A stretch of DNA of 64,000 bases from Candidatus Obscuribacteraceae bacterium (GCA_044229845.1 JBGASG010000006.1:96001-160000), one strand, 5' to 3'. Positions 29,839-40,413 are shown, counted from the first letter of the stretch. The notes: generated from the sequence alone by a model not told the origin. Made by a program: numbers and translations.

Positions 29839-30975
29839 ATGCAATCAGTCAACGCAACCGCGACCAGCCGTCAAGATATCCTCGATCTGCTTCGTTTGCA
29901 TGGTCGTGGATCGCTATCGTATTCGGCGCTGCAAGAAGGCATGCTCTGGTATGTCAAGCCGGGCATCGGACTGATTCAATACGAGCAGTTGCAACCCATC
30001 TCGCACAGCCCGATCGTTCTCGGCGACCCAATTTGCCAGCCGGAACATGCAGATGAGCTGCTCAGCGATTTTATGATCGCGCATCCGGATCCGGCGTTCA
30101 TTCACATTTCTGCCGAGACAGGGAAGGTGCTGGAAAAGCATGGATTTTACGTGAACGAGATGGGCGTCGAAACCCTGATCGAGATTCAGAACTTTACGCT
30201 CAGCGGTTCGAAAAAGGAATTTCTGCGCAGCCAAAAAAATCGCGCCGGGAAAGACGGCGTCGTGGTGCGCGAATTACAAGAAGCCAACATATCGTCTGAC
30301 AAACTGCGCCACATCAGCGAAGAGTGGATGCACCGCAAGGCTAATCACGACCATGAGCTGTCGTTTCTCGTGCGACCGGCCGTCTTCGAAAACGAGCCGG
30401 ACGTGCGCAAGTTCGTGGCTATGCAACATGAGGAAGTGATTGGGTTTGTCTTTTTCGATCCCATGTATCGCGATGGCAAACCGTACGGCTACATGGCCAA
30501 CATTTTGCGGACGCTCGGTGAACGCTCATACAGCATTACCGATTTCATCATTCTGGAAGCGATGGAAAAGTTCAAACGCGAAGGAGTGGAGACGCTGTCG
30601 CTGGGCTTCGTGCCTTTCTACGGCGTCGACGACAAAGGCGAGTTTCATTACAGCAAGCCGCTGCACGACATGTTCAAGTACACCTACGAACATGCAAATC
30701 ACTTATACAGTTTCAAGTCTCTGGCATTCCACAAAGAACGTTATCGTCCGGATCAGCCCGGGGCCTGCGACGTAAAGGTTTACGCCGGCACCAAACACGT
30801 GCTGCCAATGTTCACGCTCTACGGTGTCTTCCGCAAAATGGGAATCCACCCGGTGACGCAAACACTTGAACAGGCAGTGGAATGCACCGAGCAAATGATC
30901 AAGAGCGTACCGGAAGAGTTGCACCACCTGATTCAGCACTGGCGAGCGCGTCCTGAACCGGCAGCCAACTCTTGA
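29839..30975 (+). CDS. Stand-alone DUF2156 (MprF/LPG-synthase C-terminal, aminoacyl-tRNA-dependent transferase-like) protein
   Basis: VLGDPIC, MGVE..I....F.LSG...E.LR...NRA, GF..FDP, LSLG..P, SLAFHKERYRP; no membrane flippase domain. Confidence 0.8.
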   Translation: MQSVNATATSRQDILDLLRLHGRGSLSYSALQEGMLWYVKPGIGLIQYEQLQPISHSPIVLGDPICQPEHADELLSDFMIAHPDPAFIHISAETGKVLEKHGFYVNEMGVETLIEIQNFTLSGSKKEFLRSQKNRAGKDGVVVRELQEANISSDKLRHISEEWMHRKANHDHELSFLVRPAVFENEPDVRKFVAMQHEEVIGFVFFDPMYRDGKPYGYMANILRTLGERSYSITDFIILEAMEKFKREGVETLSLGFVPFYGVDDKGEFHYSKPLHDMFKYTYEHANHLYSFKSLAFHKERYRPDQPGACDVKVYAGTKHVLPMFTLYGVFRKMGIHPVTQTLEQAVECTEQMIKSVPEELHHLIQHWRARPEPAANS

Positions 30976-30991
30976 AGACCGGTATTTTTAT

Positions 30992-31273
30992 CTAGACCTC
31001 TTCGTCAAGCTTGTAAAGAGCGGCAATGCGATCGGCTTCGTTACGGTATTGCTCAGCTTGTCCCATATTGCCCTGCTGTTCACAAACCTGAGTCAGCATG
31101 ACGTAGACAAGTCCTACTTCGCCGCGATTGGCGCCGAAGATTTGCAACCCCTGCTCGAGTGCCTGATTGAGAAGCTTTTCGCATTTAGTAAGTTCGCCAC
31201 GGCCCATCAGCCGTCGAATGACAGCCATCAGTTCCTTCCAAGCTTGCAGCTTGTCCATGCAAACGTTGTACAT
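30992..31273 (-). CDS. Small TPR-like helical protein
   Basis: EKLLNQALEQGLQIFG...EVGLVYVMLTQVCEQQGNMGQAEQY resembles a kinesin-light-chain-type TPR. Confidence 0.6.
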   Translation of the reverse strand: MYNVCMDKLQAWKELMAVIRRLMGRGELTKCEKLLNQALEQGLQIFGANRGEVGLVYVMLTQVCEQQGNMGQAEQYRNEADRIAALYKLDEEV

Positions 31274-31327
31274 CTCGTCACCTCAGCACACAGAACGGGA
31301 TACCATTTTTAGTCTAGCCTGCCTCAT

Positions 31328-31415
31328 GTGAACCTTGCACGACATGGGCGTGAGCTTTGCGCGAGCCTTGCATGATCTTTTGGTGAGCCGAACGTGAGCT
31401 TTGTGTGAGCAGTAC
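31328..31415 (+). promoter_or_regulatory. Eight phased 11-bp imperfect direct repeats (consensus GTGAGCTTTGC), probable OmpR/PhoB-type binding array
   Basis: Units start at 31328, 31339, 31350, 31361, 31372, 31383, 31394, 31405, between divergent genes. Confidence 0.6.
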
Positions 31416-31499
31416 CCCTTTAATTAATCTGCGATTTGGTCTAAAGTTACCTGCCATGGCATCTTCGGTAACCTGTCATTCCCGTCCTGGAAACAGCTG

Positions 31500-32174
31500 A
31501 TGGCGAAGATTTTACTTGTCGAGGACGATCTGGGCGTTGCGCAGCTGATTGAGTTCACGCTGGAGTCAGAACGTTATGTCATCGACCACTACACCCGCGT
31601 CAATGACGCCCTGGCAGCGTTGAAAACTGCTGAGTACGATCTATTGATATTGGATTGGGCATTGCCGGACAACACGGGCGTCGAACTGTGCAAGCAATAT
31701 CGATCCATGGGCGGCAGCAAGCCGGTTCTCATGTTGACTGCTCGCGAATCCAGTCGAGACAAAGTAGCGGGATTGAATGCCGGCGCCGACGATTATGTCG
31801 TGAAGCCATTCGATCCCGACGAGCTGGTGGCGCGGGCGAAAGCGCTCTTACGCCGCCCGCCGGTGATCGCCGGTTCTATACTCAAAGTTTCCTCCATCGA
31901 AATGGACACCAGCAACTTCACTGTCAAACTGGCTGGACAATCAATCTCTCTCTTGCCCAAGGAATTTGCTATCCTGCAACTGTTGATGGAACATCCAGAC
32001 CGTTACTTCACGGCCGAAGCGATTCTCGCTCGCGTCTGGCGCTCCGATTTACCGGTATCTACCGACAGCGTTCGTACGCAAATGAAGACCCTGCGGAAGA
32101 AGCTGGGCGGTACTGACGACGGTTCGGTGATCGAAAACACCCGCGGGCTCGGGTACAAAATCAAAACCGAATGA
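31500..32174 (+). CDS. OmpR/PhoB family response regulator
   Basis: LLVEDD, LDWALP, MLTA, GADDYVVKPF, winged helix ENTRGLGY. Confidence 0.95.
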   Translation: MAKILLVEDDLGVAQLIEFTLESERYVIDHYTRVNDALAALKTAEYDLLILDWALPDNTGVELCKQYRSMGGSKPVLMLTARESSRDKVAGLNAGADDYVVKPFDPDELVARAKALLRRPPVIAGSILKVSSIEMDTSNFTVKLAGQSISLLPKEFAILQLLMEHPDRYFTAEAILARVWRSDLPVSTDSVRTQMKTLRKKLGGTDDGSVIENTRGLGYKIKTE

Positions 32175-32175
32175 A

Positions 32176-34113
32176 GTGAACGGCTCCAGACTTCTCAATT
32201 TCAAAACCTTGATCCTGGCAACACTGGCTGCCGTTTTGATCGTGATTTTGGTGGCGGGTTTCATCGCCCACGACAATGTGTTGAGACTTACCCAGGATCT
32301 CGATGCCATCAGCCGTGAGACTAATACCCCAGATGTCGTCTTGCGCGTAAACAAGATGCGCGCTCACTTTCATTCTTCGTATGCGACACTACTGGCGACA
32401 TCAGCCACCGTCATGGCACTGTTTTCAATTGTGGTGCTGCTCGTCAATGCCAGTGTGGTGACACGTCAGCGAGAAGAAATCGCTCAAGACGTGGTGCTCC
32501 GCGTTTCGAAAGTATTGGCCGGCAACTTGAACTTCGACGAAGCAGTTAGCGAGTCGCTGCGGGTGATGTGCGAACACCTGCGGTGCCAGGTCGGTGCGTT
32601 CTGGACGCTCGATGAGAAAACACACCTGTATGCGTGCCGCAATTTCTACTCAACTGCAGGCTTTCCAGAATTTGAAAAAGTCACGCGCGAGGGACAACTG
32701 GCAAAAGGACGGGGGCTACCGGGTCGTGTCTGGCAGCAATGCATTCCCGTGTGGATCTCCGATCTCTCCACCGACACCAATTTCCCGCGAGTGATCGAGG
32801 CCAGTCGAGACGGATTGCGTTCCGGTTTCGCATTTCCGATGACGGCCGGTGGCCGGATTCTGGGAGTGTTCGAGTTTTTCACCACCGGCATCGTACGCGA
32901 GAACAAAGACTTCCTGAGCGCATTTGCCATTGTCGGCAATGAACTGGGTCAATCCTTCGAACGGCAGCGCGTAGAAAGCGAGTTGCATACATCAGAGCGG
33001 CGCTTTCGCGAATTTGCCAGCGTCGTCGATGAGTGTTTCTTCGTCAGCTCACCGACTTTGACCGAGCATTACTATGTCAGCCCCGGTTACGAGAAGATCT
33101 GGGGGTATCCGGTCGAAGATGCCTATCGCGATCCTACTCAGTGGGCGCAATCTATTTTGCCAGAACACAAACATCGAGTCGTTGACTATGTGCAGCGGTT
33201 GGGCAATGTGGAACGGCCGGAGACTGAAATCGAGTATCCTATCTACAGACGGGACGGCAGCATCGCCTGGCTTTCGGCGCGTGTTTTTCGCATTCAGCAG
33301 GAAGACGGCGGCTGGCACAGCTGTGGCACCGTCCGCGATATCACAGCACGCAGGCAGCTTGAGCAGCGCGTCAGCGAATTTTACACGATGGTGTCTCACG
33401 AGCTGCGCACACCACTTACCTCAATCAAGGGTTCGCTCTTATTGCTGGAACGAGGTAAGGCGGGAGTGCTCTCGGATCGAGCGTCCGAGTTGATTCATCT
33501 GAGCCGGCGCGAATGCGATCGCGTCATTCGGCTGGTCAATGACATGCTGGACATGAAGAAGATCGAGGCCGGCAAGCTGATGCTCGTTCGCCAGGTAGTC
33601 GATCCGGCGGATGTGGTATCACAAACGCTGCAAGTGATGGCGCCCCTGGCAGCAGAGCGCAAGGTGCATTTGAAGCAGGATGTCCAGACCGGTGATGCCG
33701 TTTACGCCGACAAAGATCTGATTGTTCAAGTGATTACGAACCTGATTGCCAATGCCACCAAATTCTCACCGGAAGACGGCGACATTCTGGTGTCAGCTGA
33801 TGCTGTCGAAGAAAATATCCGCTTTTCGGTGAAAGACGCAGGCCCGGGAATTGATAAGGTCGATCAGGAGCACTTGTTCAAGGCATTCTCTCAGATTCCC
33901 GGACTGGACGGCACCGCGCCGGAGGGTTCGGGATTGGGGCTGGCAATCTGCAAAGGCATTGTCGATGCGCACGGCGGCAAGATCGGTGTAGACAGCGAAT
34001 CCGGACAGGGCGCCACATTCTGGTTCGAAGTCGCGAAAGCTACGCCTGAACAACTCTCGCCCGACAGCAGCACGTTCGAGGAATTGCCGGAAGCTTCGAG
34101 CCAGCATGACTGA
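32176..34113 (+). CDS. Membrane sensor histidine kinase with GAF and PAS domains
   Basis: Two TM segments; GAF (GLPGRVW, FAFP); PAS (YVSPGYEKIWG, RDIT); SHELRTPL; NLIANATKF, DAGPGI, GSGLGL. Confidence 0.95.
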   Translation: MNGSRLLNFKTLILATLAAVLIVILVAGFIAHDNVLRLTQDLDAISRETNTPDVVLRVNKMRAHFHSSYATLLATSATVMALFSIVVLLVNASVVTRQREEIAQDVVLRVSKVLAGNLNFDEAVSESLRVMCEHLRCQVGAFWTLDEKTHLYACRNFYSTAGFPEFEKVTREGQLAKGRGLPGRVWQQCIPVWISDLSTDTNFPRVIEASRDGLRSGFAFPMTAGGRILGVFEFFTTGIVRENKDFLSAFAIVGNELGQSFERQRVESELHTSERRFREFASVVDECFFVSSPTLTEHYYVSPGYEKIWGYPVEDAYRDPTQWAQSILPEHKHRVVDYVQRLGNVERPETEIEYPIYRRDGSIAWLSARVFRIQQEDGGWHSCGTVRDITARRQLEQRVSEFYTMVSHELRTPLTSIKGSLLLLERGKAGVLSDRASELIHLSRRECDRVIRLVNDMLDMKKIEAGKLMLVRQVVDPADVVSQTLQVMAPLAAERKVHLKQDVQTGDAVYADKDLIVQVITNLIANATKFSPEDGDILVSADAVEENIRFSVKDAGPGIDKVDQEHLFKAFSQIPGLDGTAPEGSGLGLAICKGIVDAHGGKIGVDSESGQGATFWFEVAKATPEQLSPDSSTFEELPEASSQHD

Positions 34114-34462
34114 CGATCTCGATGCTCTGATGCAGCGACTGGCTGCCAATCAGTTCAGAGCAAAGTTCAAACTGGAAAGTAAGGACCATCTCTACCTGCA
34201 GGAAAAGGGCATGGACACCGTACTCGAGCATGGCAGAGATTTTCTGAAGAAACGGCTGGCGCCGGCCAACCCGGTCAAAGACGGCAAGCAGACACCCTGG
34301 CGCGGGCACCCGATATTTGTAGCTCAGCATGCGACCGGAACTTGCTGCCGCAGCTGCCTCGGCAAGTGGCACCAGATTGACAAAGGACGAGAGTTGACCG
34401 ATGAGGAGGTCACCTACATACTCGCAGTGCTGGAGCGCTGGCTGTCTCGATTTGTCTTATAA
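34106..34462 (+). CDS. DUF4186 domain protein
   Basis: DGKQTPWRGHPIFVAQHATGTCCRSCLGKWH. Confidence 0.9.
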   Translation: MTDDLDALMQRLAANQFRAKFKLESKDHLYLQEKGMDTVLEHGRDFLKKRLAPANPVKDGKQTPWRGHPIFVAQHATGTCCRSCLGKWHQIDKGRELTDEEVTYILAVLERWLSRFVL

Positions 34463-34490
34463 TGGACCGTTCCGGCAATGGAGTAGGGCT

Positions 34491-35444
34491 GTGGTCAAGA
34501 ACTGGAAAGCGACGCTGCTTTTAGTTGCGATTGGATCGGGGTGGGTGCTTGCATCTGAGCCATGCACCGCCGCGGGCAACTCCAATTCGCAGAAGCAGGA
34601 CAAGTCGGCGGCAAAAGCGTCATTGTCTGCAAAAGATGCGCAGGAAGATGCAGTGCGCTCCGTATTGTTGGAACTTTCCAAAGCGGTAGCCGCAGGTGAT
34701 GCAGCGAAGACGGCCGCGCTCTGGGCAGACGATGCCGTGTTTATCGACGAAGCCGGCGAGGAGTCGCGCGGTCGGGCCGCCCTGCTCGAACGATTCACTC
34801 ATGGCTTCAAACAACGCGATCCGTCTACGATAGGACTGCATCCAGAGCACATTGATCTACCGGCGGACAACGTTGCCATGGTGGTCGGCTCAGTCACCAG
34901 TAAAACCAACGGAGTCGAGTTGCCCGCGGCACGGTTTTCGATGGTGCTCGTGAAGCAGAAAACGGGTTGGGTGATTAATCAGGTAAGCGAGACGATCATT
35001 CAAGAAGTCGGTGCCGCCGATCATTTGCAAGAGTTGCAGTGGCTGATAGGCAAATGGCAGGTCAGCAAGACAGACAATGCTGCGGTATTGGAGACGACCT
35101 GGGCACCGGGACGCAGCTTCATTCACTCCAAGTGCACATTCAATAGAAGCGGCGCGCAGCAAGTCGACAACCAGGTAATTGGTTGGGACCCGCGCAGCAA
35201 GACATTTGTGTCGTGGCACTTCGACCAGAATGGCGGCTTCGGATATGGGAAGTGGAACCATAAACCAGACGGCTGGCAAATCGATTTTGCGGGTGTAGGG
35301 GGAGACGGCAGCAGCACGCGTGCCACCAACATCTTCACGATGAAGGGACCTGACGAATTTGTCTGGCAATCAATCGATCAAACCGCAGACGGCAACTCTG
35401 TGCCCGACTGCCCGGCGCTGACACTGCAAAGAGTGAAACCGTGA
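34491..35444 (+). CDS. Secreted SnoaL/DUF4440 (NTF2-like) domain protein with a second beta domain
   Basis: AGDAAKTAALWADDAVF...GRAAL; LQELQWLIGKW; GTG start after GGAG. Confidence 0.8.
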   Translation: MVKNWKATLLLVAIGSGWVLASEPCTAAGNSNSQKQDKSAAKASLSAKDAQEDAVRSVLLELSKAVAAGDAAKTAALWADDAVFIDEAGEESRGRAALLERFTHGFKQRDPSTIGLHPEHIDLPADNVAMVVGSVTSKTNGVELPAARFSMVLVKQKTGWVINQVSETIIQEVGAADHLQELQWLIGKWQVSKTDNAAVLETTWAPGRSFIHSKCTFNRSGAQQVDNQVIGWDPRSKTFVSWHFDQNGGFGYGKWNHKPDGWQIDFAGVGGDGSSTRATNIFTMKGPDEFVWQSIDQTADGNSVPDCPALTLQRVKP

Positions 35445-36202
35445 TTAAACGTTTAGCGCTTGCTTCGATAATCGCGTGGCAGGTCGCTGCCGCAGACTGT
35501 GCCGCGCAGAATTATTTCAACGGCGGTTTTTCAGGACTGGCGCAACCGCAGTATCAACAGCGTCCCCCACAGCAGTATCAACAGCAACAGCCCCAGCAAT
35601 ATCGGCAAGCACCGCAGCGCTCGGGCACCAGCACGATGGCTGGACTGGAGAGTGTACTCAATCAGGTCGATAACTCCAATTGGAATAATGTTCCAGTCAG
35701 CGGCAATCGGCAGCCGCAGCAACAAATGCAAGCTCAATCGATGATGGGCGCAGCGCCTGCCATGTCGGGCAACGGCGGTGGCGGCGGAATGTTTCCCAAA
35801 ATGAGTCGCCGCGAAATGACGCGCATCTTTCTCGAGGGCGGCAGCCCCATGGGAATGGGCATGGGAATGGGCGGTGGTGGTGGTGCGGCGCCACCACAAA
35901 ACAATTCGCAGGCAACGAGCACTGCATACTCCAACTATCAAACTGCCTGCAACGAAGAGACCAAGTCGCGCAACTACGCAAACACCGCACGATACGACGG
36001 CAGCGAATGGAACAGAAAAAATGCTGCCGAGCAAGCATATTACGCGGCCAATAACGCTAACTACGCCGCGCAACGAGCCGAGTCAGCCGCCTACAACGGC
36101 GGTTCCGATGCGCAAGGCTATGCGAGACTCGCCAGGGCGGCAGCCAATCGCGCGCGCGAAAACGCCAATCGCGCCCGCTACAATGCTGACACCATTCGGT
36201 AA
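35441..36202 (+). CDS. Hypothetical secreted Gln/Gly/Ala-rich protein
   Basis: Signal peptide; GTGA overlap with upstream gene. Confidence 0.7.
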   Translation: MIKRLALASIIAWQVAAADCAAQNYFNGGFSGLAQPQYQQRPPQQYQQQQPQQYRQAPQRSGTSTMAGLESVLNQVDNSNWNNVPVSGNRQPQQQMQAQSMMGAAPAMSGNGGGGGMFPKMSRREMTRIFLEGGSPMGMGMGMGGGGGAAPPQNNSQATSTAYSNYQTACNEETKSRNYANTARYDGSEWNRKNAAEQAYYAANNANYAAQRAESAAYNGGSDAQGYARLARAAANRARENANRARYNADTIR

Positions 36203-36225
36203 GTTTCGTCAGCGCTTGAGCCCGA

Positions 36226-36747
36226 CTACTTTGTCTTTTTGGTCGTGGTGGTTTTGGTCGATGTCGCTTTGGTTGTAGTCTTTGCAGTAGTCTTCGCGGC
36301 CGGTGCTTTGGCTGCCGGAGCAGTGGTGGTTGTCGTGCTTGTAGTTGTGGTGGTGGCAGGTTTAGCCGCTGGTGGTGGCGTGCTGCCGGCGCGACTGAAT
36401 TCCATGTTGAACTTGGTGAATTGCTTATCGAGGTCGTCTACGCCGGGTTGAACATAGCCCTCTTTCTCGCACTTCGCGTCCAGTTCACCGAGACGCACCA
36501 GTTCGGCGCTAAATTGATCAGCTTGAGCTTGCGTCAACCAACCCTTGGTCAAGCCCATCTGAATCTGGTCTTTATAGGTTTTGATGCGCTCTTTATATTT
36601 GGGGGCAAACTTGTTGGCACCCTTGAAACCCACGCCGCTGGACGAGTACGTCGTTTCATCCGCAAATGCCGGAACAAGCGCAACCGCACCGAGCACGAGA
36701 ACGGACAAAGCGGACACGACCGAGGTTCCCAAAACAAGTTTCTTCAT
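36226..36747 (-). CDS. Hypothetical secreted protein with Thr/Lys-rich tail
   Basis: Signal peptide ending PAFA; RBS GAGG. Confidence 0.75.
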   Translation of the reverse strand: MKKLVLGTSVVSALSVLVLGAVALVPAFADETTYSSSGVGFKGANKFAPKYKERIKTYKDQIQMGLTKGWLTQAQADQFSAELVRLGELDAKCEKEGYVQPGVDDLDKQFTKFNMEFSRAGSTPPPAAKPATTTTTSTTTTTAPAAKAPAAKTTAKTTTKATSTKTTTTKKTK

Positions 36748-36806
36748 GACATGCCTCTTTTTCGACTGAGCCTCGTCATTATAGTGGGATACCCTAGGGA
36801 CGGGTC

Positions 36807-37487
36807 ATGGACAACAAAGTGGCACTGAAGGTATTTGGCGGCGGCTGGCTGATCCCGATTACGATCGGCGGCATGATGTTTGCAGCGGCCGGAACGCTCA
36901 ACTACTGGCAGGGTTGGTTAGCGTTAGTGGTGTTTTGCGTCTGCTCGTTTCTCAACACACTCAGTTTGGCCAGGCGCGATCCCGAACTGCTGGCTCGCCG
37001 CCTCAAAGCTGGTCCTACAGCTGAAAAGCGTGTCTCGCAAAAGATCATTATGTGCTTGACGTTCGGCATGTTCATCGGCATATTCGCTCTGGCAGGGCTC
37101 GACTACAGGTATGGATGGTCGCAGATGACGCCTGTGGTGGTGGTCATCGGCGATTGCATGATTGCGCTTGGCTATTTAATTTTCGAGTACGTCTTCCGCG
37201 AGAATACTTTTGCCGCGGCGAACATCGATGTCGAGTCGAATCAGAAGGTAATCTCTTCCGGTCCGTACAGCGTAGTGCGGCACCCCATGTACTTTGGCGC
37301 GTTGATACTGATCGTCGGACTATCCCTCGCCCTGGGTAGCTGGTGGTGCCTGGCGTTGGGGCTGGTGATGCTGCCGATCCTGATCTGGCGCATCCTCGAT
37401 GAAGAACGCCTGTTGGCTGAGGAACTGCCCGGCTACCGAGAGTATTGCTCCAGCGTGAAGTATCGCCTCATTCCTGGCGTGTTCTAG
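36807..37487 (+). CDS. Isoprenylcysteine carboxyl methyltransferase (ICMT/PEMT) family membrane protein
   Basis: VISSGPYSVVRHPMYFG, EERLL, YREY...RLIPG. Confidence 0.92.
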   Translation: MDNKVALKVFGGGWLIPITIGGMMFAAAGTLNYWQGWLALVVFCVCSFLNTLSLARRDPELLARRLKAGPTAEKRVSQKIIMCLTFGMFIGIFALAGLDYRYGWSQMTPVVVVIGDCMIALGYLIFEYVFRENTFAAANIDVESNQKVISSGPYSVVRHPMYFGALILIVGLSLALGSWWCLALGLVMLPILIWRILDEERLLAEELPGYREYCSSVKYRLIPGVF

Positions 37488-37604
37488 ATTCACGCAGGGA
37501 CGCACTGCGCGCACATTGACAAGCGCCCACCGATCCCCCCTTTGCATATCCGATCGGCTGCACACCTGATAAACTTGTGTGCTTCCAAGAAGGTGGGACA
37601 AACC

Positions 37605-38402
37605 ATGAGCACGATGAAAGCGCACGAAATTGATTACGCGGTGCTGGGCGACGATATCCAGGCTGTAGAGATCGAACTGGATCCCGGTGAGACAGTAATC
37701 GCAGAAGCTGGCGCGATGAATTACATGGAAGAAGGCATCACCTTCGAGTCCAAGATGGGTGACGGCACTGATGCCAACGCCGGAATGATGAACAAGTTGT
37801 TTGGCGCAGGCAAGCGATTGATGGCCGGTGAGTCGATGATGATAACTCACTTCAGCAACTCCGGCGCCGGCAAACAGAAAGTTTGCTTCGCCGCGCCGTA
37901 TCCCGGCAAAATCATTCCGCTCAACCTCGCCGAACTCGGTGGAACAGTTCTTTGCCAGCGCGACGGTTTCTTGTGCGCGGCATTCGGCACCAAGTTGGAC
38001 ATTGCATTCACACAAAAAATGGGCGCCGGCTTCTTTGGCGGCGAAGGTTTCATTCTACAGAAACTGAGCGGTGACGGTCTCTGTTTCGTTCACGCCTGCG
38101 GCACGATCATCAAGCGTGAATTGCGTGGAGAAACGCTGCGCGTCGACACGGGCTGCCTGGTTGCTTTCACGCCGGGTATCGATTACAGCATCCAGCGCGC
38201 CGGCAATCTCAAGTCGATGATCTTCGGCGGCGAAGGTCTGTTCCTGGCGACCTTGAGAGGAACAGGAACTGTGTGGCTGCAAAGCCTGCCGTTCTCGCGT
38301 CTCGCTAACCGCATCATTGAGAATGCGCCGGTGCGCGGCGGTTCGTCGGCAGAACAGGCCGGCGGCGTGCTTGGCGCCATCGGCAACATGTTCGAAACGT
38401 AA
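37605..38402 (+). CDS. TIGR00266 / AIM24 family protein
   Basis: [38 protein letters not shown]. Confidence 0.92.
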   Translation: MSTMKAHEIDYAVLGDDIQAVEIELDPGETVIAEAGAMNYMEEGITFESKMGDGTDANAGMMNKLFGAGKRLMAGESMMITHFSNSGAGKQKVCFAAPYPGKIIPLNLAELGGTVLCQRDGFLCAAFGTKLDIAFTQKMGAGFFGGEGFILQKLSGDGLCFVHACGTIIKRELRGETLRVDTGCLVAFTPGIDYSIQRAGNLKSMIFGGEGLFLATLRGTGTVWLQSLPFSRLANRIIENAPVRGGSSAEQAGGVLGAIGNMFET

Positions 38403-39113
38403 TTGATTGATTGCCCGGTGCCGGACAAGCTGAACGCACGAGCCCTAGCCAAACACCGGAAGCGATTTCTGCGTTTCTTTCCGAAAGCTTTTCGCGACCA
38501 GCGATATCTCGATTGGGAACACGACTACAAATGGCGCTCGCATTTGCTCTGGAATGAGCTGCTCGACGAAGAGGAGTTCAAGCGACTCCTGCGCCTCGGG
38601 CAGTACTCGGAGATTGCGACGCGCGCCCTGCGTGTCGAGCAGAAGACAGTGCCGCCGTTTCTCTTTTCATTCGAGAAGATGGCGCTTCGCGATGCGTTGC
38701 ACACCGAATATGGTGCCCAGGTATTCGCTGATGCGTTGTTCGAGCTGCTGCACGGCAAGGGAGATTTGCGCAGCCGCTTTGTTCAATGGATTATCGCCGT
38801 CGGCGATTTGCCGCGCAAGAAGTCGCGAGTTCTGTCGTGGCCCAATCTGACCTTCTTTCCCTTCATTGCTCAACCGAACAAATACATCATCATGAAACCC
38901 TCGGCGATGCGGGTCGCGGCGACAGAACTCGGTTATGACCTCGAGTATTCATCAAAGCCGTCCTTCACCACCTACAAAAGACTCTTGGACCTGGCGGATC
39001 TTGTGCGCGAAGGAATAGCCGATTTGAAACCGCGCAACTATCACGATCTACAAACATTTCTCTACGTAATCGGATCCGCCGAATACGAGCAAATAGAGGC
39101 GGATCAATTGTAG
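38403..39113 (+). CDS. Hypothetical protein
   Basis: 236 aa ORF abutting the AIM24 gene; protein-like composition. Confidence 0.7.
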   Translation: MIDCPVPDKLNARALAKHRKRFLRFFPKAFRDQRYLDWEHDYKWRSHLLWNELLDEEEFKRLLRLGQYSEIATRALRVEQKTVPPFLFSFEKMALRDALHTEYGAQVFADALFELLHGKGDLRSRFVQWIIAVGDLPRKKSRVLSWPNLTFFPFIAQPNKYIIMKPSAMRVAATELGYDLEYSSKPSFTTYKRLLDLADLVREGIADLKPRNYHDLQTFLYVIGSAEYEQIEADQL

Positions 39114-39160
39114 CCACTTGATGATAAACTCAAGAGCCACGCTCACGACAGGAGATTGAA

Positions 39161-39778
39161 ATGAAGTTGCGATTGATTTCGATTTCACTGGTATCCGCAC
39201 TCTTAGCTACTGCACATTGCAATCCGTCCCGTGCGGACAACGCCACCGCCACCGCCGAACTGGACAAAAAGGTGGAAGCCGTCGTCAAAGACAATTTCAA
39301 GAACCTCGGCGAGCTTCCTAAACCAGGATCAGTGTTTCCGTGGATTCCGCGCGCGACACCGATGTTTCCGGACACATGGCCGCCGTCTAAGGGGATGAAA
39401 CTTGTCTCTTATGGATTTTGCTGGTCGGAGAACTCACCGCATTCGGAGCACCAGACCAGCCCATTTTTGATAGTGCGCGTTGATCCCAACAAGTCGAACA
39501 GCATCGCCACTGAGTCTGTTAAATTCGATCCGAAAGACTTCGGTACGCTGGGTTTCGGACCGGTGACTAAAGCCGAAGCGGATAGATTTCTCGCCGATCA
39601 GCAAGCGGTGGTGCAGCTGTTTACAGATGTTTCGCAAGGCAAGAAAGAACCTACCGCCGCAGATTTGACGGTAGTTAAGCGACACTACAAATCGTGGGCG
39701 TCGAACAACAGCGTAATCAACGCGCGACTGGCGCCATATCAAAAGAATTTCTTCGCGTGGTTGCAAGAGAAGCCATGA
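39161..39778 (+). CDS. Hypothetical secreted protein
   Basis: RBS AGGAG; signal peptide. Confidence 0.75.
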   Translation: MKLRLISISLVSALLATAHCNPSRADNATATAELDKKVEAVVKDNFKNLGELPKPGSVFPWIPRATPMFPDTWPPSKGMKLVSYGFCWSENSPHSEHQTSPFLIVRVDPNKSNSIATESVKFDPKDFGTLGFGPVTKAEADRFLADQQAVVQLFTDVSQGKKEPTAADLTVVKRHYKSWASNNSVINARLAPYQKNFFAWLQEKP

Positions 39779-40413
39779 AAAAACAAGCATTAGTTGCGGT
39801 AAACGCTTTGCTGACACTGTCACTGTGCGCCTGCTCGGGCGGCGGCAAAGGCATGGGCAGTGTTGGTGGCGGAACTCAGTCGTACAAACATCTGTATCGC
39901 GACGACACTGGTCACATGTATGCAGTGTTCGACCGGGCATACCAGGCGACTTACAAGACCACCGGCGGATTTGCGTATGACACCGAGAAGATATTTCGCG
40001 ACGGCGCCGGTCATGTCAGGTCTGAAACGTCCGGGCTGGAGCCGACCGCGATTCAAGTCCTCGACTTGAACAAAAATCAGTTTACTATCTGGTCACCGGT
40101 TGGCAAGCAAGTCTACATTCAGCGCAAGGCGATGCCCATGGATCCGCTGGTGATGCGTGTCAACATGGAGAATCTGCCGCGCGACCAAGGCGCGATCGGA
40201 GAAAAAGTGATCGACGGACACAAGTGCCATGGATACAAAAAAGACGGCACTGAAATCTGGTACGACGATGATTTCAATTGTCCGGTGAAGATGACGAACG
40301 GCACCGCCGAGCTTAAACTCGTCGAGTTCAGCGACAAGGCGCCGGATCCGTCGCTATTCGAGCCGCCCCCCGGATACACACGCACCAAGCAGTCTTCGAA
40401 CTTCTTCAACTGA
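39775..40413 (+). CDS. Putative lipoprotein (DUF4412-like beta-rich fold)
   Basis: Lipobox LCAC; IGEKVIDGHKCHGY...IWY...DPSLFEPPPGY. Confidence 0.7.
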   Translation: MKKQALVAVNALLTLSLCACSGGGKGMGSVGGGTQSYKHLYRDDTGHMYAVFDRAYQATYKTTGGFAYDTEKIFRDGAGHVRSETSGLEPTAIQVLDLNKNQFTIWSPVGKQVYIQRKAMPMDPLVMRVNMENLPRDQGAIGEKVIDGHKCHGYKKDGTEIWYDDDFNCPVKMTNGTAELKLVEFSDKAPDPSLFEPPPGYTRTKQSSNFFN

